From positions 69,294-133,293 of the forward strand of contig CAVTQH010000002.1 in assembly GCA_963736875.1 (NCBI GenBank): 64,000 bases of DNA, in the 5' to 3' direction. This DNA comes from Candidatus Amesbacteria bacterium. GTDB lineage: Bacteria > Patescibacteriota > Microgenomatia > CAZETR01 > Amesbacteraceae. This document shows, piece by piece, positions 20,954 through 30,841 of the stretch; the stretch's first letter is position 1, and every line of letters starts with the position of its first letter. Below the pieces are notes generated by a model. The model worked only from the letters and a program-made list of their open reading frames with translations. It was not told the origin of the DNA and searched no databases. The position numbers were made by a program, and so were the translations under genes.

Positions 20954-20968
20954 TTAAAAGAATGCTAA
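20942..20968 (+). promoter_or_regulatory. CIRCE operator (HrcA site) upstream of groES
   Basis: CTGGCAGTC-N9-GAATGCTAA versus consensus TTAGCACTC-N9-GAGTGCTAA; TTGACA at 20907. Confidence 0.82.
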
Positions 20969-20969
20969 A

Positions 20970-21296
20970 ATGACCTCTCATATGAAGAAAAGTACCGGTT
21001 TACTGTCCAAAATCAAGCCTACCTCCGGCTGTGTTCTTATCGAACCTGAGGAAGCTACCAAACAGACTTCATCCGGTATTTATCTCCCCGATTCAGCCGC
21101 AGGCGACAAACCCCAGCAGGGCAGGGTTTTGGCCGTCGGCCCCGACGAGATCACCGAGAAGGGGACCGCCCGCAAATCTCCCGCCAAAGCCGGAGACAAG
21201 GTAATTTATAAAAAATGGGGAGGCAATGAAGTCAAGATTGACAACAAGGAATATCTTTTTGTTAAATTCGAAGACATTTTAGCCGTTATTATATGA
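20970..21296 (+). CDS. groES: Co-chaperonin GroES
   Basis: TSSGIYLPDSA, GRVLAVGP, GDKVIYKKWGGNEVK, EDILAV. Start may be 20982. Confidence 0.96.
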   Translation: MTSHMKKSTGLLSKIKPTSGCVLIEPEEATKQTSSGIYLPDSAAGDKPQQGRVLAVGPDEITEKGTARKSPAKAGDKVIYKKWGGNEVKIDNKEYLFVKFEDILAVII

Positions 21297-22928
21297 GTGC
21301 CAAACAACTTAAATTCGGAGACGATGCCCGCCAGAGCTCTGGTTCACGGGGTCAATACCCTGGCCAAGGCTGTGATTATTACTCTGGGTCCCAAAGGCCG
21401 CAATGTCGCCCTGGACAAAAAGTGGGGTGCCCCGAACGTGGTTCATGACGGAGTCTCCGTAGCCAAGGAAATTGATCTGGAGGACAAGTTTGCCAATATG
21501 GGAGCGCAGCTGGTCAAACAAGCCGCTGAAAAGACCAACGACGCCGCCGGGGACGGGACTACGACCGCCACAGCCCTGGCCGCCGCCATTGTCAATCAGG
21601 GCATGAAGAATATCACCGCCGGGGGTAACCCCATGGCCATCAAGCGCGGTCTGGACAAGGGTGTGGAGGCAGTGGTTGCAGAAATTAAAAAATTAAGTAA
21701 ACCTTTAAAGACCCAGGAAGAAATTGCCCAGGTCGCAACTATTTCTGCCGGTGATGAAGAAATCGGTAAAAAAATTGCCGAAGCTCTGGAAAAAGTCGGC
21801 CGTGACGGAGTGGTTACGGTGGAAGAAGGTAAAGGTCTGACCATCGATATCGAATATAAAGACGGTATGGAGTTTGACAAGGGATATGCTTCTCCCTACT
21901 TTGTGACGATTCCTGAAAAAATGGAAGCCGAAATCGAATCTCCTTATATTTTGATCACCGACAAAAAAATCACCTCCATTCAGGATCTTCTGCCATTTTT
22001 GGAAAACTTCATCAAAGTCAGCAAAAACCTGGTAATTATTGCCGACGACCTGGAAGGTGAAGCTTTGGCCACGCTCGTTGTCAACAAACTGCGCGGATCT
22101 TTTTCCGTCCTGGCCGTCAAAGCGCCCGGTTTCGGTGATCGCCGCAAGGCCATGTTGGAGGATATTGCCATTCTGACCGGCGGTACTGTTATCTCCGAGG
22201 ATACCGGCCGCACTTTTGAAGGCGTAAAAATCGAAGACTTGGGTCGGGCGGATAAAGTTTGGGCTGACAAGGACAACTGCCGTCTCATCGGCGGCAAGGG
22301 TGATTCGAAAACTATCCAGGCCCGGATTAAACAGCTGAAAGACGAGATTTCTCGTACAACTTCCGATTTTGACCGGGAAAAACTGGAAGAGCGGTTGGCC
22401 AAGCTTGCCGGCGGGGTAGCCGTCATCAATGTCGGAGCGGCTACGGAAGTCGAGTTAAATGATAAAAAGGAGCGGGTTAAAGATGCCGTCGGTGCTACCA
22501 AAGCCGCGGTCGAGGAGGGGATTGTCCCGGGTGGTGAAGTCACTCTGATCCGGGCAGCCAAGGCCTTAAGTGCCCTGAAATTGGACAACGAGGAAAAAAT
22601 CGGCCTTGATATTTTGAAATTTGCTCTTGAGCAACCATTCCGCTGGCTTCTCAAAAACGCCAGCCTCGACGACGGTTACTTTCTCAAATTAGTTCTGGAA
22701 TCCAAAGATAACGACTTTGGTGTTAACGTGGCTACGGGCCAAACCGGTTCCATGTATAAATTCGGCATCATCGATCCGGCCAAAGTTGCCCGTTCGGCAA
22801 TCCAAAATGCCGCTTCGGTCGGTACCATGATTATGACCACGGAAAGCCTGATCACTGAACTTCCGGAAAAGAAAGAAGCTGTTCCCGGCCCCAATCCCGG
22901 CATGGGCGGTATGGGCGAAGACTACTAA
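21293..22928 (+). CDS. groEL: Chaperonin GroEL (5' frameshift near 21335)
   Basis: ATG 21293 gives [14 protein letters not shown], then shifts into the ORF with [19 protein letters not shown] tail. Confidence 0.97.
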
Positions 22929-22933
22929 ACTTC

Positions 22934-23647
22934 ATGGCTGTCAAAGGCTGGTTTGATCTTACCCCAGAAGAACGAAAAGCAGTTCTCCTTCATCTCCACC
23001 ACCGTGACATTGGAGAACAACGCCTTACTCTGTCTGTCTTACCAGTTTATTAACCCGCTTCAAACTTCTGGATGATCCGGAAATCCGCCAGCACTTTAAA
23101 GAAGAAAAAATCCCCCTTCCGCCACTGTTACCAGAGAAACTCAGCGCTAAAAAAATTCTTCTGTTTTATTGGCCGCAAACCCGCTTCTTGACCTCCTCTG
23201 CTAAACTCATCATCATGATCGAGTCAAAATCAGACTCTGTTCAGTTGGTAGCCATTTCTTCACTTTTTCCGGATTTTGACTCGGTCAGGAATTTTACCCC
23301 TAGGTTAGTTAAAACCAACAATCTGCTTACCATAGGAGACTCTGTCTCGACAGGCCGTGATTTTCTGGCCCAGCCCCAACGACAATGCGCCTTATTGGCT
23401 CGCTATTCAACATGGCCTTGCTCTGCGTCGGGGCGGATTTGGACCGGACGAAGAAAAACTCAAAGCCCAAAACTCCGAAATCTTCAGAAATTATGCAATT
23501 GCTTGGTTGGGAAGTCTGGATCTGAAAAACACTGAAATTCAAGTCACTCATTATGGAACCGGTATTCGGGTTTCTCCCGCCGAGGATCCCTCCCTTGGCC
23601 TAAGCTTCACTAATGTTGGAGGAAAATCATCAAGTTTTCCGCGGTAG
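22934..23647 (+). CDS. Hypothetical protein(s), frameshifted (one or two genes)
   Basis: MAVKGWFDLTPEERK... from 22934, frame switch near 23050, possible second start ATG 23215 (TAAACT 7 nt upstream), another switch near 23355 into ORF 23357-23647. Confidence 0.45.
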
Positions 23648-23658
23648 GGTTACAGCTT

Positions 23659-24345
23659 TTAGTTCAACCCCAAAATCGACGCGGGATTAATTGGTTTTCC
23701 GTTCTGATGGATCTCCAGGTGCAGGTGCGGTCCTGTGGACCGGCCGGTTGAGCCGGACAGCCCGATTATGGTTCCTGTATTGACTTCTTGTCCTGCAAAG
23801 ACATTAATTTTGGATAAATGGGCATACAGGCTCTCAAACTCCGGCCCATGGGAAACGACAATCATACTTCCGTACCCAAACCAGTTTTTTTCCGTCTTGA
23901 TTACTCTTCCGCTCATTACCGGCCGGACCGGAGTCCCGATCGGAGTGGATAAGTCGATTCCGGCGTGCATTAGCCAAAATCCCTGAGTCACAAACATTTG
24001 CGGCAGGGGATTAACCACTGTTTCCCGGGTAGTCAGCGGTGTTTCTTTTTCAGGCATCACCAAAGCCGGGTTTCCGCCGGCATCACTGGCCAAAGACGGA
24101 AAAGGTCCGAATATGGCCAAAATTGTTACTCCCAGTACCAGATTTAATCCGACCAGCCGTAAAAAATGCCGGTGGCCGGTAATCAGCCGAAAGATAAAAC
24201 TGACCGGGTGGCTGTTTCCGCAGGCTGCGGCAAAACTAACCAGCTTCCAGGCCAATTCCTTTACTGATAGGGGAGTACCGCGATTACCTAAAAGCGGCTC
24301 GGCCTTTTTCATTATCCAATCTTTCCAATTTTGTTGCATAAGCAA
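23659..24345 (-). CDS. M23 family metallopeptidase, membrane-anchored
   Basis: HAGIDL, YAHLS, STGRSTGPHLHLEI motifs; TM segment. Confidence 0.93.
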   Translation of the reverse strand: MLMQQNWKDWIMKKAEPLLGNRGTPLSVKELAWKLVSFAAACGNSHPVSFIFRLITGHRHFLRLVGLNLVLGVTILAIFGPFPSLASDAGGNPALVMPEKETPLTTRETVVNPLPQMFVTQGFWLMHAGIDLSTPIGTPVRPVMSGRVIKTEKNWFGYGSMIVVSHGPEFESLYAHLSKINVFAGQEVNTGTIIGLSGSTGRSTGPHLHLEIHQNGKPINPASILGLN

Positions 24346-24372
24346 AAAAAATCTCCTGCGTTCACAGAAGAT
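24344..24372 (-). terminator. Intrinsic-terminator-like hairpin with T-tract
   Basis: Minus strand ATCTTCTGT-GAAC-GCAGGAGAT followed by T7. Confidence 0.55.
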
Positions 24373-24381
24373 ATACAGAAG

Positions 24382-24410
24382 AGTATATAAGAAAAATCAG
24401 CCCAAGTCAA
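24382..24410 (-). promoter_or_regulatory. Sigma70-type promoter
   Basis: TTGACT-N17-TATACT on the minus strand, facing the M23 gene. Confidence 0.7.
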
Positions 24411-24501
24411 CCTAAACCGAAGAAAAACCGAATGATTATTATCCTCTCCCCCGTTCGGGTTATATTCGGAAGACAGGAAGGGGAGTCCCAATTAAATTTT
24501 G

Positions 24502-24574
24502 AGGCCGGAGCGGGATTCGCACCCGCGTATACCTGTTTTGCAGACAGGCGTGTTAGCTACTTCACCATCCGGCC
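24502..24574 (-). tRNA. tRNA-Cys(GCA)
   Basis: GGCCGGA/TCCGGCC acceptor stem, anticodon arm CCTGT-CTGCAAA-ACAGG, T-arm GCGGG-TGCGAAT-CCCGC, U discriminator, CCA not encoded. Confidence 0.93.
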
Positions 24575-24613
24575 GGCACGTGAATTATAGCAATTCTGTG
24601 GTATATTACGCTT

Positions 24614-25513
24614 GTGAGATCCAAAAAGCTTCTTCCCTTGGCCGTTATTTTTGCCTGTCTGGGTGCCGTTGCCGGTCTGATTACCGTCCGCCTTTTCCAT
24701 GTCCAGAAACCGACCGCAGGTCTCAAAATTGAAACTACCCCGCCTTCCCTGGTTTTTATCAACAATGTTCAGGTTGGCCGGACCCCTCTGGACCAAATGT
24801 TTAATCCTGGTGAAACTACCGTCAAGTTAATTCCCGAATCTACTTCACTTGATTTGTCCGCATATCAAACTAAAATCCAGCTTACGGATAAAGTTTATAC
24901 CGTTATCCGGCGGGAATTCGGTTTTCCGGAAGCCCAATCTTCCGGAGAGACTATTACCCTCATCCCCCAATCGGGCAAGACAGCTTCCTTAAGCGTGATT
25001 ACCTCCGACCCGGATGCGGCTTCCGTGATGATCGACAATGAGCCTCAGGGATTTTCTCCTTTGGCTATCGACAACGTCACTCCCTCCGACCACCAAATCG
25101 AAATTAGCGCCCCCGGTTATCAAACCCGGAATTTTTCGGCCAGAGCCATCGGTGGTTATCAGCTGTCAATAAACGTAAAACTGGCCGCTAAAAACCAGGT
25201 TATTCCTTCCATTCCTCCGGCCTTGATTTCAGAAACTCCGGTTGCCACTTCCTCCGCTCCCGCTACCCCGTCTCCCAGTCTTAAAGCAACACCCGCCATC
25301 ACCAAGCCATATGTCAAAATTTCCTCCACACCTACAGGTTTTCTGCGTGTCCGGACGGGTCCGTCAAAAACCGCCGACGAGGTGGGACAGGTAAAACCCG
25401 GTGAAAACTATCCTCTAATGGATTCCGTCTCCGGTTGGTATCAGATTAAAATCGCTCTTCCGGCCACATCTTCCGGCTGGATTTCTGCCGACTACGCCCA
25501 GGCTTTCAAATAA
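24614..25513 (+). CDS. PEGA-domain + SH3b surface protein
   Basis: N-terminal TM, two PEGA-like repeats (GRTP; GFSP...H.I.ISAPGY), P/T linker, TPTGFLRVRTGP...GWYQI...GWIS SH3. Confidence 0.85.
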   Translation: MRSKKLLPLAVIFACLGAVAGLITVRLFHVQKPTAGLKIETTPPSLVFINNVQVGRTPLDQMFNPGETTVKLIPESTSLDLSAYQTKIQLTDKVYTVIRREFGFPEAQSSGETITLIPQSGKTASLSVITSDPDAASVMIDNEPQGFSPLAIDNVTPSDHQIEISAPGYQTRNFSARAIGGYQLSINVKLAAKNQVIPSIPPALISETPVATSSAPATPSPSLKATPAITKPYVKISSTPTGFLRVRTGPSKTADEVGQVKPGENYPLMDSVSGWYQIKIALPATSSGWISADYAQAFK

Positions 25514-25515
25514 TT

Positions 25516-26469
25516 CTAAAACCACGAACCGTAAAGTACTCCGATTACAATCAACCCCCACGTAACCACAGACAACAAAAGCGGACCATCGGACAAAATG
25601 ACTCTTTCCGGCGATTCAGCCCTGGATCCGTCATAAATGATTCTCAAATATCTCATTATTCCGAAAATTACCACCGGAATCGTGGCCATCAGCCACTTAT
25701 TAATCGTCAGGGTTCTGGAAACCAGCGGTAACGCTGTCTGCGGCCCTATCACACTTGCCTGGTCATAAAAATTAAAAGTAAATAATGCCCAGGACAGAAA
25801 CGCTGCAGTGGAAAACATCGAAAGGTATGCATCCAGAATGTCCGCGCTGTACTTCCCCATAACTTTCCGGTGCAACACCGCCACTGCTTGCTCATGCAAT
25901 ATTGCCAGCTCTGCCCTCCTTTTCCCCACCGCCAGAAATAATGATGTCGAAATCACGCAGAGTAAAAACCAGATGGAAAGATGAGCGTTAATTACAATCG
26001 CTCCCGCAAAAACCCTTAAAAAGAATCCCAGAGCCACTATAAACACATCCGCAACTTCAATATTTTTCAGCCACAATGAATACATCACCTGTAATAACCA
26101 ATATCCGAAAACTGCCACAAAGAATAACGGGGACAGTCGGTATGCCCAACCCAAACCCGAAAAGCTTCCCAAGGCAAATACACCCAAAGCTAAAGCCATG
26201 GAAATTTTACCTGATGCAATTGGTCTCTTTTTTTTAAAAGGATGTGCCTGATCTGCCTTAATATCCACCACATCGTTCAGAAAATATATTGCCGACGCAA
26301 TCACAGAAAATATTGCCACCGCTTCAGTCACCTTCCAGAAGTCTTTTACCCAAATGTTATAGGCAAAAATATTTCCAGTAAAAACCAGAGCTCCGTACAG
26401 GGTTAAATTTTTTAACCACTGTCTCGGTCTGGCTGTTTTGAGTAAATCGACCAGTTTTGTAGCCACCAT
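25516..26469 (-). CDS. UbiA-family polyprenyl-phosphate phosphoribosyltransferase
   Basis: ARPRQWLKN, YFLNDVVDIKADQAHPFKKKRPIASG, YSLWLK, LAVGKRRAE. Start moved to ATG 26469. Confidence 0.9.
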   Translation of the reverse strand: MVATKLVDLLKTARPRQWLKNLTLYGALVFTGNIFAYNIWVKDFWKVTEAVAIFSVIASAIYFLNDVVDIKADQAHPFKKKRPIASGKISMALALGVFALGSFSGLGWAYRLSPLFFVAVFGYWLLQVMYSLWLKNIEVADVFIVALGFFLRVFAGAIVINAHLSIWFLLCVISTSLFLAVGKRRAELAILHEQAVAVLHRKVMGKYSADILDAYLSMFSTAAFLSWALFTFNFYDQASVIGPQTALPLVSRTLTINKWLMATIPVVIFGIMRYLRIIYDGSRAESPERVILSDGPLLLSVVTWGLIVIGVLYGSWF

Positions 26470-27515
26470 ATAATTCCTGCCGATACCAACACAACTGTGG
26501 CCATTGTAAAGTACTTGGCCGTAGCTTTCAATTGCAGCGCCAAAACAGCCAATCCCACAGACATCCCCCAATAGAACACAGCAATGCGGCGTTTACCCCA
26601 CCCCCTGTCTAAAAGTAAATGATGCAGGTGTTCATGTCCTCCCCACACCGGAGATCTTCCTTCTCTGATTCTTTTGAAAATTACCAAAACTGCATCAATA
26701 AACGGAATAGCTAAAACCAGAAGCATTGCCCCCACCTTCGCACCGGAAAGGATAGCCAGAAGTCCCAGCAAAAAGCCTGCCAGGCTCTTACCGCCGTATC
26801 CCGGCATAATTTTTTGCGGATACCAATTCCAGGGAAGAAACCCGGCGTAAGCTCCCGCAATTAATCCCGCCAGTACCACCACTTCTATTTGCGAACTGTC
26901 CCCGCCGGATCTTAGGCCTAAAATTGCAATCGCCACCGCTGCCACAATTACAAAACCCGGCAACTGCCCGTCTACACCACTGCTCCACCCCACAATGTTT
27001 TGCATCCACACGAGCCATATTAGGGCAAACAAATCAGACAGCCACCAAATGCAATGCCGGCTTCCCCACCACCAGAAACAGACTTTGGGAGAATCAAGCT
27101 CCAAAACTCCCCCCAACGGATTGGTTATATAAACAATTCCAATTCCCACACCGATTACACATAAAGCTGCCAGAATATTTATCACCAGTCTTAAGTAAGG
27201 AGATATGGCCTCTTCATATCTGTCATCCAGAAAGCCGATTGCCGCCAGTATGGAGGCGGCCGCAATTATTCCCGCGGTTCTGGTGTCCCAAGGTAAAAAC
27301 AGCAGGCTTCCCGTAACTAAAGCCGCAAATATCGGAATTCCGCCTCCCCTGGGTACCGGATGCTCGTGGACGACCTTGGGGTGCTTGTGTTTTTTGGGAT
27401 CGTCGATAATTTTTAGTCTTTTTCCACCGGCAATTACCACCCCCGATACCACAAATGCTATTCCGGCTGCGACTGCGGCCGGTTGCCAAAAAAATTGCCA
27501 GGCGGGATTTGTCAT
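26412..27515 (-). CDS. MraY/WecA/TagO-like polyprenyl-phosphate HexNAc-1-P transferase
   Basis: HPVPRGGG, GFLDD, GVDG, NWYPQKIMPG, HLHHLL motifs. Confidence 0.9.
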   Translation of the reverse strand: MTNPAWQFFWQPAAVAAGIAFVVSGVVIAGGKRLKIIDDPKKHKHPKVVHEHPVPRGGGIPIFAALVTGSLLFLPWDTRTAGIIAAASILAAIGFLDDRYEEAISPYLRLVINILAALCVIGVGIGIVYITNPLGGVLELDSPKVCFWWWGSRHCIWWLSDLFALIWLVWMQNIVGWSSGVDGQLPGFVIVAAVAIAILGLRSGGDSSQIEVVVLAGLIAGAYAGFLPWNWYPQKIMPGYGGKSLAGFLLGLLAILSGAKVGAMLLVLAIPFIDAVLVIFKRIREGRSPVWGGHEHLHHLLLDRGWGKRRIAVFYWGMSVGLAVLALQLKATAKYFTMATVVLVSAGIIWWLQNWSIYSKQPDRDSG

Positions 27516-27516
27516 C

Positions 27517-27867
27517 TTATGTCACAATCAGAACTATTCTTAAAACTGCCAACAATAAAATTACTTCGGATATTATCCCCGCCGCTACTAATATTGCCGC
27601 CAAAACTTTTTCTGAATTTAGCCTTCTGGCTGAAAAAGTAGCAAAAATTGCTACAACAACGGCGATTAATAACGGCCACCATAAACCTGGTGTGCCGGTA
27701 AGCTGTTCTTCCCCCCAGGGACGGCTGTAAAAAAGGGGAAGCTGTACCGGCAGATTTCTCCCAAATACCACCCAAATACCAATTCCGATAGCCACCAGCA
27801 TGGCGGTCACAGTCCACTGCCAACGTATCAATTTTTCCACAATCCCTCCCCAATCAATTTTTTCCAC
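27517..27867 (-). CDS. Hypothetical three-TM protein (DUF1648-like LP..PLFYS.PWG motif)
   Basis: LPVQLPLFYSRPWGEEQL between TM helices; TATAAT 6 nt before GTG. Confidence 0.75.
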   Translation of the reverse strand: MEKIDWGGIVEKLIRWQWTVTAMLVAIGIGIWVVFGRNLPVQLPLFYSRPWGEEQLTGTPGLWWPLLIAVVVAIFATFSARRLNSEKVLAAILVAAGIISEVILLLAVLRIVLIVT

Positions 27868-27885
27868 AAATTGATTATAGTACCT

Positions 27886-29344
27886 TTAATTATATTTCCC
27901 GCCCAGAATGGACAATCTGTATATTTTTGCCTGACCGATACTATTTTGGAGTTTGTAATAATTAGACAACCAGCTGGAAAATCCCGGCAGTTGATCATCT
28001 TCACCGAAGCTTACTACATATTTTGGAGGTTCTTTTGTCAGTAACTGCATGGTAGCTCTCTCACCCCCAAAATCTTTTATATGATACCTGGCTATATATT
28101 TTCCGGCTGACCTTCTTTTGGCCAGGGCGTAAATTACCGGCTGGTCCCCCCAGATAAATAATTTATCATCCGGCCTGCTTCCGCCGGCGACTATAGACGC
28201 TATTTCATAGTTGTTATTCACCTGATTGTCAAACCAGGCAAAATACTCACCTGTCGTTTTTTGCCGGCCTGCCCATTTAATAAAATTTTCATAATATCCG
28301 ATTACCGGATATCCGTAAAATTTAAATATCAAAGCGGCTCCTACAAAACCGAGTATTACTACCGCACCGATAATTTTTTCTGTTCTCTTTCCCCACCCCA
28401 GAAGCCACCAGCTGACAGCCAAAGCACCTGCTCCCTGAAGCATATAATGCGGATACGGCCGGCCGGACATCAGGGAAGCAAACAGGGTAATGATTCCCCA
28501 TAGTCCGACGATTGTTCCTCTTATCCCGATCCGCCGGGTCAGCCCCAGGACGGGAACCAAAAGTATGCAGGCAATGGCCACTCTTCCCTTTAGGGAGAAA
28601 ATTCCAGCTCCTCCGCTGGCAATTTTCCAGGACGATAAATAGGGTAAATTCTGAGCCCAGGCAGCTATCAGATATTCCTTACCCGCACCAGCCAGCCAAT
28701 AGTAAATTGCACTGATTGCGACAGGGGTGGCTATCCCCAGACTCAACACCAGAGTTTTTTTCCACCACTCCTTGTCTTCATAAATAAGCCAGATAACCGG
28801 CCAAATCCCGGCTTCCAGAATAGCCGGCATCTTAAACAAAGCTCCGCATCCCAATACCAGTCCTGCCACAAAAGCTTTTTTTAAATCTGCCTTTTTCCCC
28901 CAGAGTATATATAAAGCCAGGATGGTCGGCAGCAGAAAAAACAGTTCAGCGTTGGCAATATTTCCTTCAAGCTTGGGCCAGGCGGTCAAGAAATGCAAAA
29001 CCCAGCGTGATCAGCCAACCGGTTTTTTTTGTCGCTCCGATTTTCCCCATCAACTTATAAAACACCCCGATTGTTGCCAGATTCCAGATTGTCGCCAGAA
29101 ATTTAAACCAAAATTGGTTTCCCCCGGCCAGTGCCGCCATGAAATATAGAAGCGGCGGTTTATTGTCATGAATCTGGCTGTACAAATGCACCCCCCGTCT
29201 CAATGCCTGTCCGATGGTCAGGTATATTCCCTCGTCACCATACCAGTACGGCTCAAACCAGCTTGGGATTCTCAGTAAAACTGTTACTCCTAAAATTATC
29301 AGCAGCAACGCATGTTTATGTACCCAAAAAGCAATCTTTTTCAT
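27886..29344 (-). CDS. GT-C fold (ArnT/PMT-like) glycosyltransferase, one frameshift near 28995
   Basis: EPYWYGDEGIY...DNKPPL (28967-29344) continuing into ANAELF...K...RPYPHY (27886-28998). Confidence 0.82.
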
Positions 29345-29376
29345 TTAACTTTTTCTCTCGTGTAACGCAGAGAAGG

Positions 29377-30841
29377 TTATTTAACCTTCTCTGTAATTCT
29401 ATATTCTATATACTTTCCCAGCATTAGTCTTGTGTGCGCATCAAGCCCTGGTAATGCGTTAAAGAAGAAGCCTGAAATCGGCATTAAAATAAACTCGAAA
29501 GGTGCCAGCCACACCCGCCATCTAGGGGTGTCCTTGGGTCGTGGCGGTCGGTGCCGGAACTCAATAATCAGAAGCATCACTAAAAATATCAAAGTCACGG
29601 TCAGGATTCCCGAGGAAATCCTGGGTAATGTAAAACCTAAAGACGTTCTCTTAAAAACCGGATTAACGATAGTAACCACCGAAACCCCGACGGTAATGAT
29701 AAACCAATTTACAGGCCAGAGTAGATGATCCTGTACTACCCTGAGGATTCTCAGGGTTTTGTTTAAAAACGATACCTGTGGCTGTTTTAAATACATTTCG
29801 ATAAACAACGGCAAATCAGACACCCCCCAAGCCCATCTCTTTTTCTGTTCATATTCATTAATAAAAGTTTTCCACATACTGGTAGATTCTGCTGCATCAG
29901 CACTCGAAGGCAAAAATATCGGTTCTACTTCCACTTTTCCGTCCAGTTTGAAAAAAGCTTTGAAGAAAATCCTGTAATCCTCGGGAATTACGTCAGTGTC
30001 CCAATATCCGATTTTATCAATCATCGAGAAAGTGGACGAATAATTTGAAAAATTAATCAATCTGTCCCGGCGCACCAGCAATCCGATTTGCCATATATTG
30101 GAGAAAGTATTAATCACTCTGGTCATTGCCGGAATCCTCCAGATGTTGTTATAAAAAACAATTGCCGGCTGCCAAAATTTCAGATATCTGTTCGGATCAT
30201 CCAAAAACTTGAAAGTCAGGTAGGAAAAATATTGCGGGTGCAAAATAGCGTCAGCATCGTTGGAGGTGATGGTCAAATAATCCATATTCCATCCTTTTTC
30301 ATCAACCAATATTCTCTTGGCCTCCCTGGCCGCCCAGGCTTCATTGGAGGATTTCCCTTTCACCTCACCCACGATGTTTGCCGGGTGCACCGTAATCAGG
30401 TATTCTCCAAATTTCTTTCCCCAAAGTCTTTCCCAGACTTTCGGCTCCCGTAAAGCCTTTTGGATATCTTTCCTCCGTAGCCATAATCACTGCAATTTGT
30501 TTCAGGGGAAAGGTTTGCCGGGTCAAAGCTTCTATGGTTTTGGCGTAGGTATCGAGAGGTTCATTGGCGATCATAATCATTACCACATGTTTAACCCTCT
30601 CCCAATCACCAAATCCCTTGACCTCCCTCATCCAATCCAAGCGCTCCGCGGCCTTGATTCTCAGATGGGAAATAAATGTGGCTACCGTCATGGAAAATCC
30701 CTTCCACACCCAAAACACATCAAACGCTAATATAAAATAAGCCGTTACCACCGGAAAAAAATACCCCCCCCAGATTAGAAACAAAATTAAGTTCCAGCTC
30801 ACAAAACCGGGAATAATTTCCAGAATTCGGCGTCGTTTCAT
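29377..30841 (-). CDS. Glycosyltransferase family 2 membrane protein, frameshifted near 30390-30450
   Basis: GKSSN, DAD, DVIPED, QKKRWAWG motifs; N-terminal piece is ORF 30365-30841. Confidence 0.85.

Noticed and set aside
24415-24500. Possible structured ncRNA downstream of tRNA-Cys (CTCCCC/GGGGGAG, CCGAAT/ATTCGG pairings)
   Set aside because: Only short, competing stems; no family recognised. Would need an Infernal/Rfam search.
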